From Eledone cirrhosa (lineage: Eukaryota): a stretch of 64,000 nucleotides of DNA. The position numbers and the translations under genes are program-made. Of this stretch, positions 62,898-64,000 are shown one piece after another. The notes under the pieces are model-generated. The model did not search any database and had not been told where the DNA came from. It saw only the letters and a program-made list of their open reading frames with translations. The stretch covers positions 281,914,001 through 281,978,000 of the forward strand of contig OZ024742.1 of NCBI GenBank assembly GCA_964016885.1. The letters are read 5' to 3'. The stretch's first letter is position 1. The number at the start of each line of letters is the position of its first letter.

Positions 62898-64000
62898 ATG
62901 GATTATTACAACATAACCACTTCAACTAAAGACATTCCTATACTTTGTAAATCTGAATTCACCAAACTTCTGATTGAAAAAACTGACTCCTTTATGAGAA
63001 GTCTTAGATGGATAGCTTTTTTCCACGACCAGCGCCAAAAAGGAAATTTCTATACTAAGGAACATAACTTTCTTGATCATTTATTTAATTCTAGAAGAAA
63101 TCCTCCTTCCAACAAAAATCTAGTACAGTTCGAGGAAGAATTAACTAATATTATAAGAAATCTTAAATTCAAGAGAAACCCTTACAGAGGACAAGAGCAC
63201 CTTGTAAATCTCATGAATACGATTTTAAACCTTAATTCCTCTAAAAATGTCTTAGACCACTCCGATAAAACTAATAATTTATATGGTGTATCTAGGGATA
63301 ACTATAATAACCTTATCCTTAAGGAACTAAGGAAGAACTATCGTAAAACTAACCATGACAATTTGGAATCTATAAACTTTGAAGCTTCTGAGATTATGTC
63401 AAAACTTGGCATTGAAAAAAAGACCGAACCATTCCTCCCAAGAACTCCGAGGATAAATCTCAAGGATCATAAAAGTAATTTTCGAACGGCACTACCTGTT
63501 AGACTAATCGCCCCCTCTAAATCAGACCTGCGGTTTGTTATTAAAGCCATCTTGGATAGAATTATCCCACGGGTTCGTTCTAATTGCTCTATTTCTAACT
63601 GAAATTTATGGTTTGATACATCTGAAGTAATTGGCTGGTTCAACAACCTGAATAAGAAAAACAAACAAAAATGTATTCAATTTGATATTGCCAGCTACTA
63701 GAATATCAAACTTATCCTCTAATAAAAAATATCTTCGCCAATTACTATAATAATGCGCTTTCTAAAGCCGGTTATCATGATAAAATTAAATACAGTAAAG
63801 AAACCAATCCTAGAAGGTCTTACAGTAAAATAATTAATTATGATCATTCCAATAACTTAAATAAAAGACCTAGATATAAAAATATAATCTGGTATAATGC
63901 TCCTTTCTCTATTTCTAATAATAATAATATTCCTAAACTATTCTTTAGGGCCTTAGATAAATGCTTCACTCCCTCACATATCTATAGTAAAATATTTAAC
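62898..64000 (+). pseudogene. Naiad-like PLE ORF with RT core deleted at ~63700
   Basis: STKDIPI..LIEKTDSF..LRWIAFF; LKDHKSNF..VRLIAPSKS; WFNN..IQFDIASY, joined directly to RISNLSSN..NALSKAGY..NIIWYNAPFS..KIFN. Confidence 0.8.

Larger units (their letters stand above)
61742..64000 (+). mobile_element. Penelope-like element (Naiad-like) with inverted upstream segment; runs off the window
   Basis: 62555-62630 is an inverted copy of 63015-63107. 61747-61769 is inverted at 62632-62654. The ORF starts at 62898. A SINE 3' half sits at ~62655-62735. Confidence 0.75.

Noticed and set aside
63600-63602. In-frame TGA in the Naiad-like ORF as selenocysteine
   Set aside because: Some Naiads recode UGA at Cys positions. 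This one falls just before NLW (xNQW motif), where I recall an aliphatic residue. The copy is otherwise decayed and no SECIS is visible.

Overview
Animal (eukaryotic) non-genic or intronic DNA dominated by microsatellites ((TA)n, (CA)n, (ATT)n, (GTA)n, (CT)n) and transposable elements. The SINE families and repeat density suggest an octopod cephalopod (inference only). No host gene can be called with confidence, and most ORF-track entries are microsatellite translations. The centrepiece is a ~23.5 kb nested retrotransposon array at 18506-41970. It contains three distinct Tx1-type (L1 superfamily; ORF1 + APE-RT-CCHC ORF2) families and an R4/Dong-type restriction-like-endonuclease (RLE) element. 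Every insertion sits in an (ATT)n/(AAT)n tract, and the two clades always take opposite strands of that repeat. The array includes two copies of a head-to-head R4/Tx1 chimeric unit sharing one junction. The flanks hold Penelope-like elements (Neptune-like, Naiad-like), several type I hammerhead ribozyme motifs (including a U3-A8 core variant and a retrozyme-like 561-bp unit), non-autonomous Helitrons, MITEs, tRNA-derived SINEs, RTE and CR1-like relics, and many fold-back inverted repeats. Coordinates were read by eye and may be off by a few bases.
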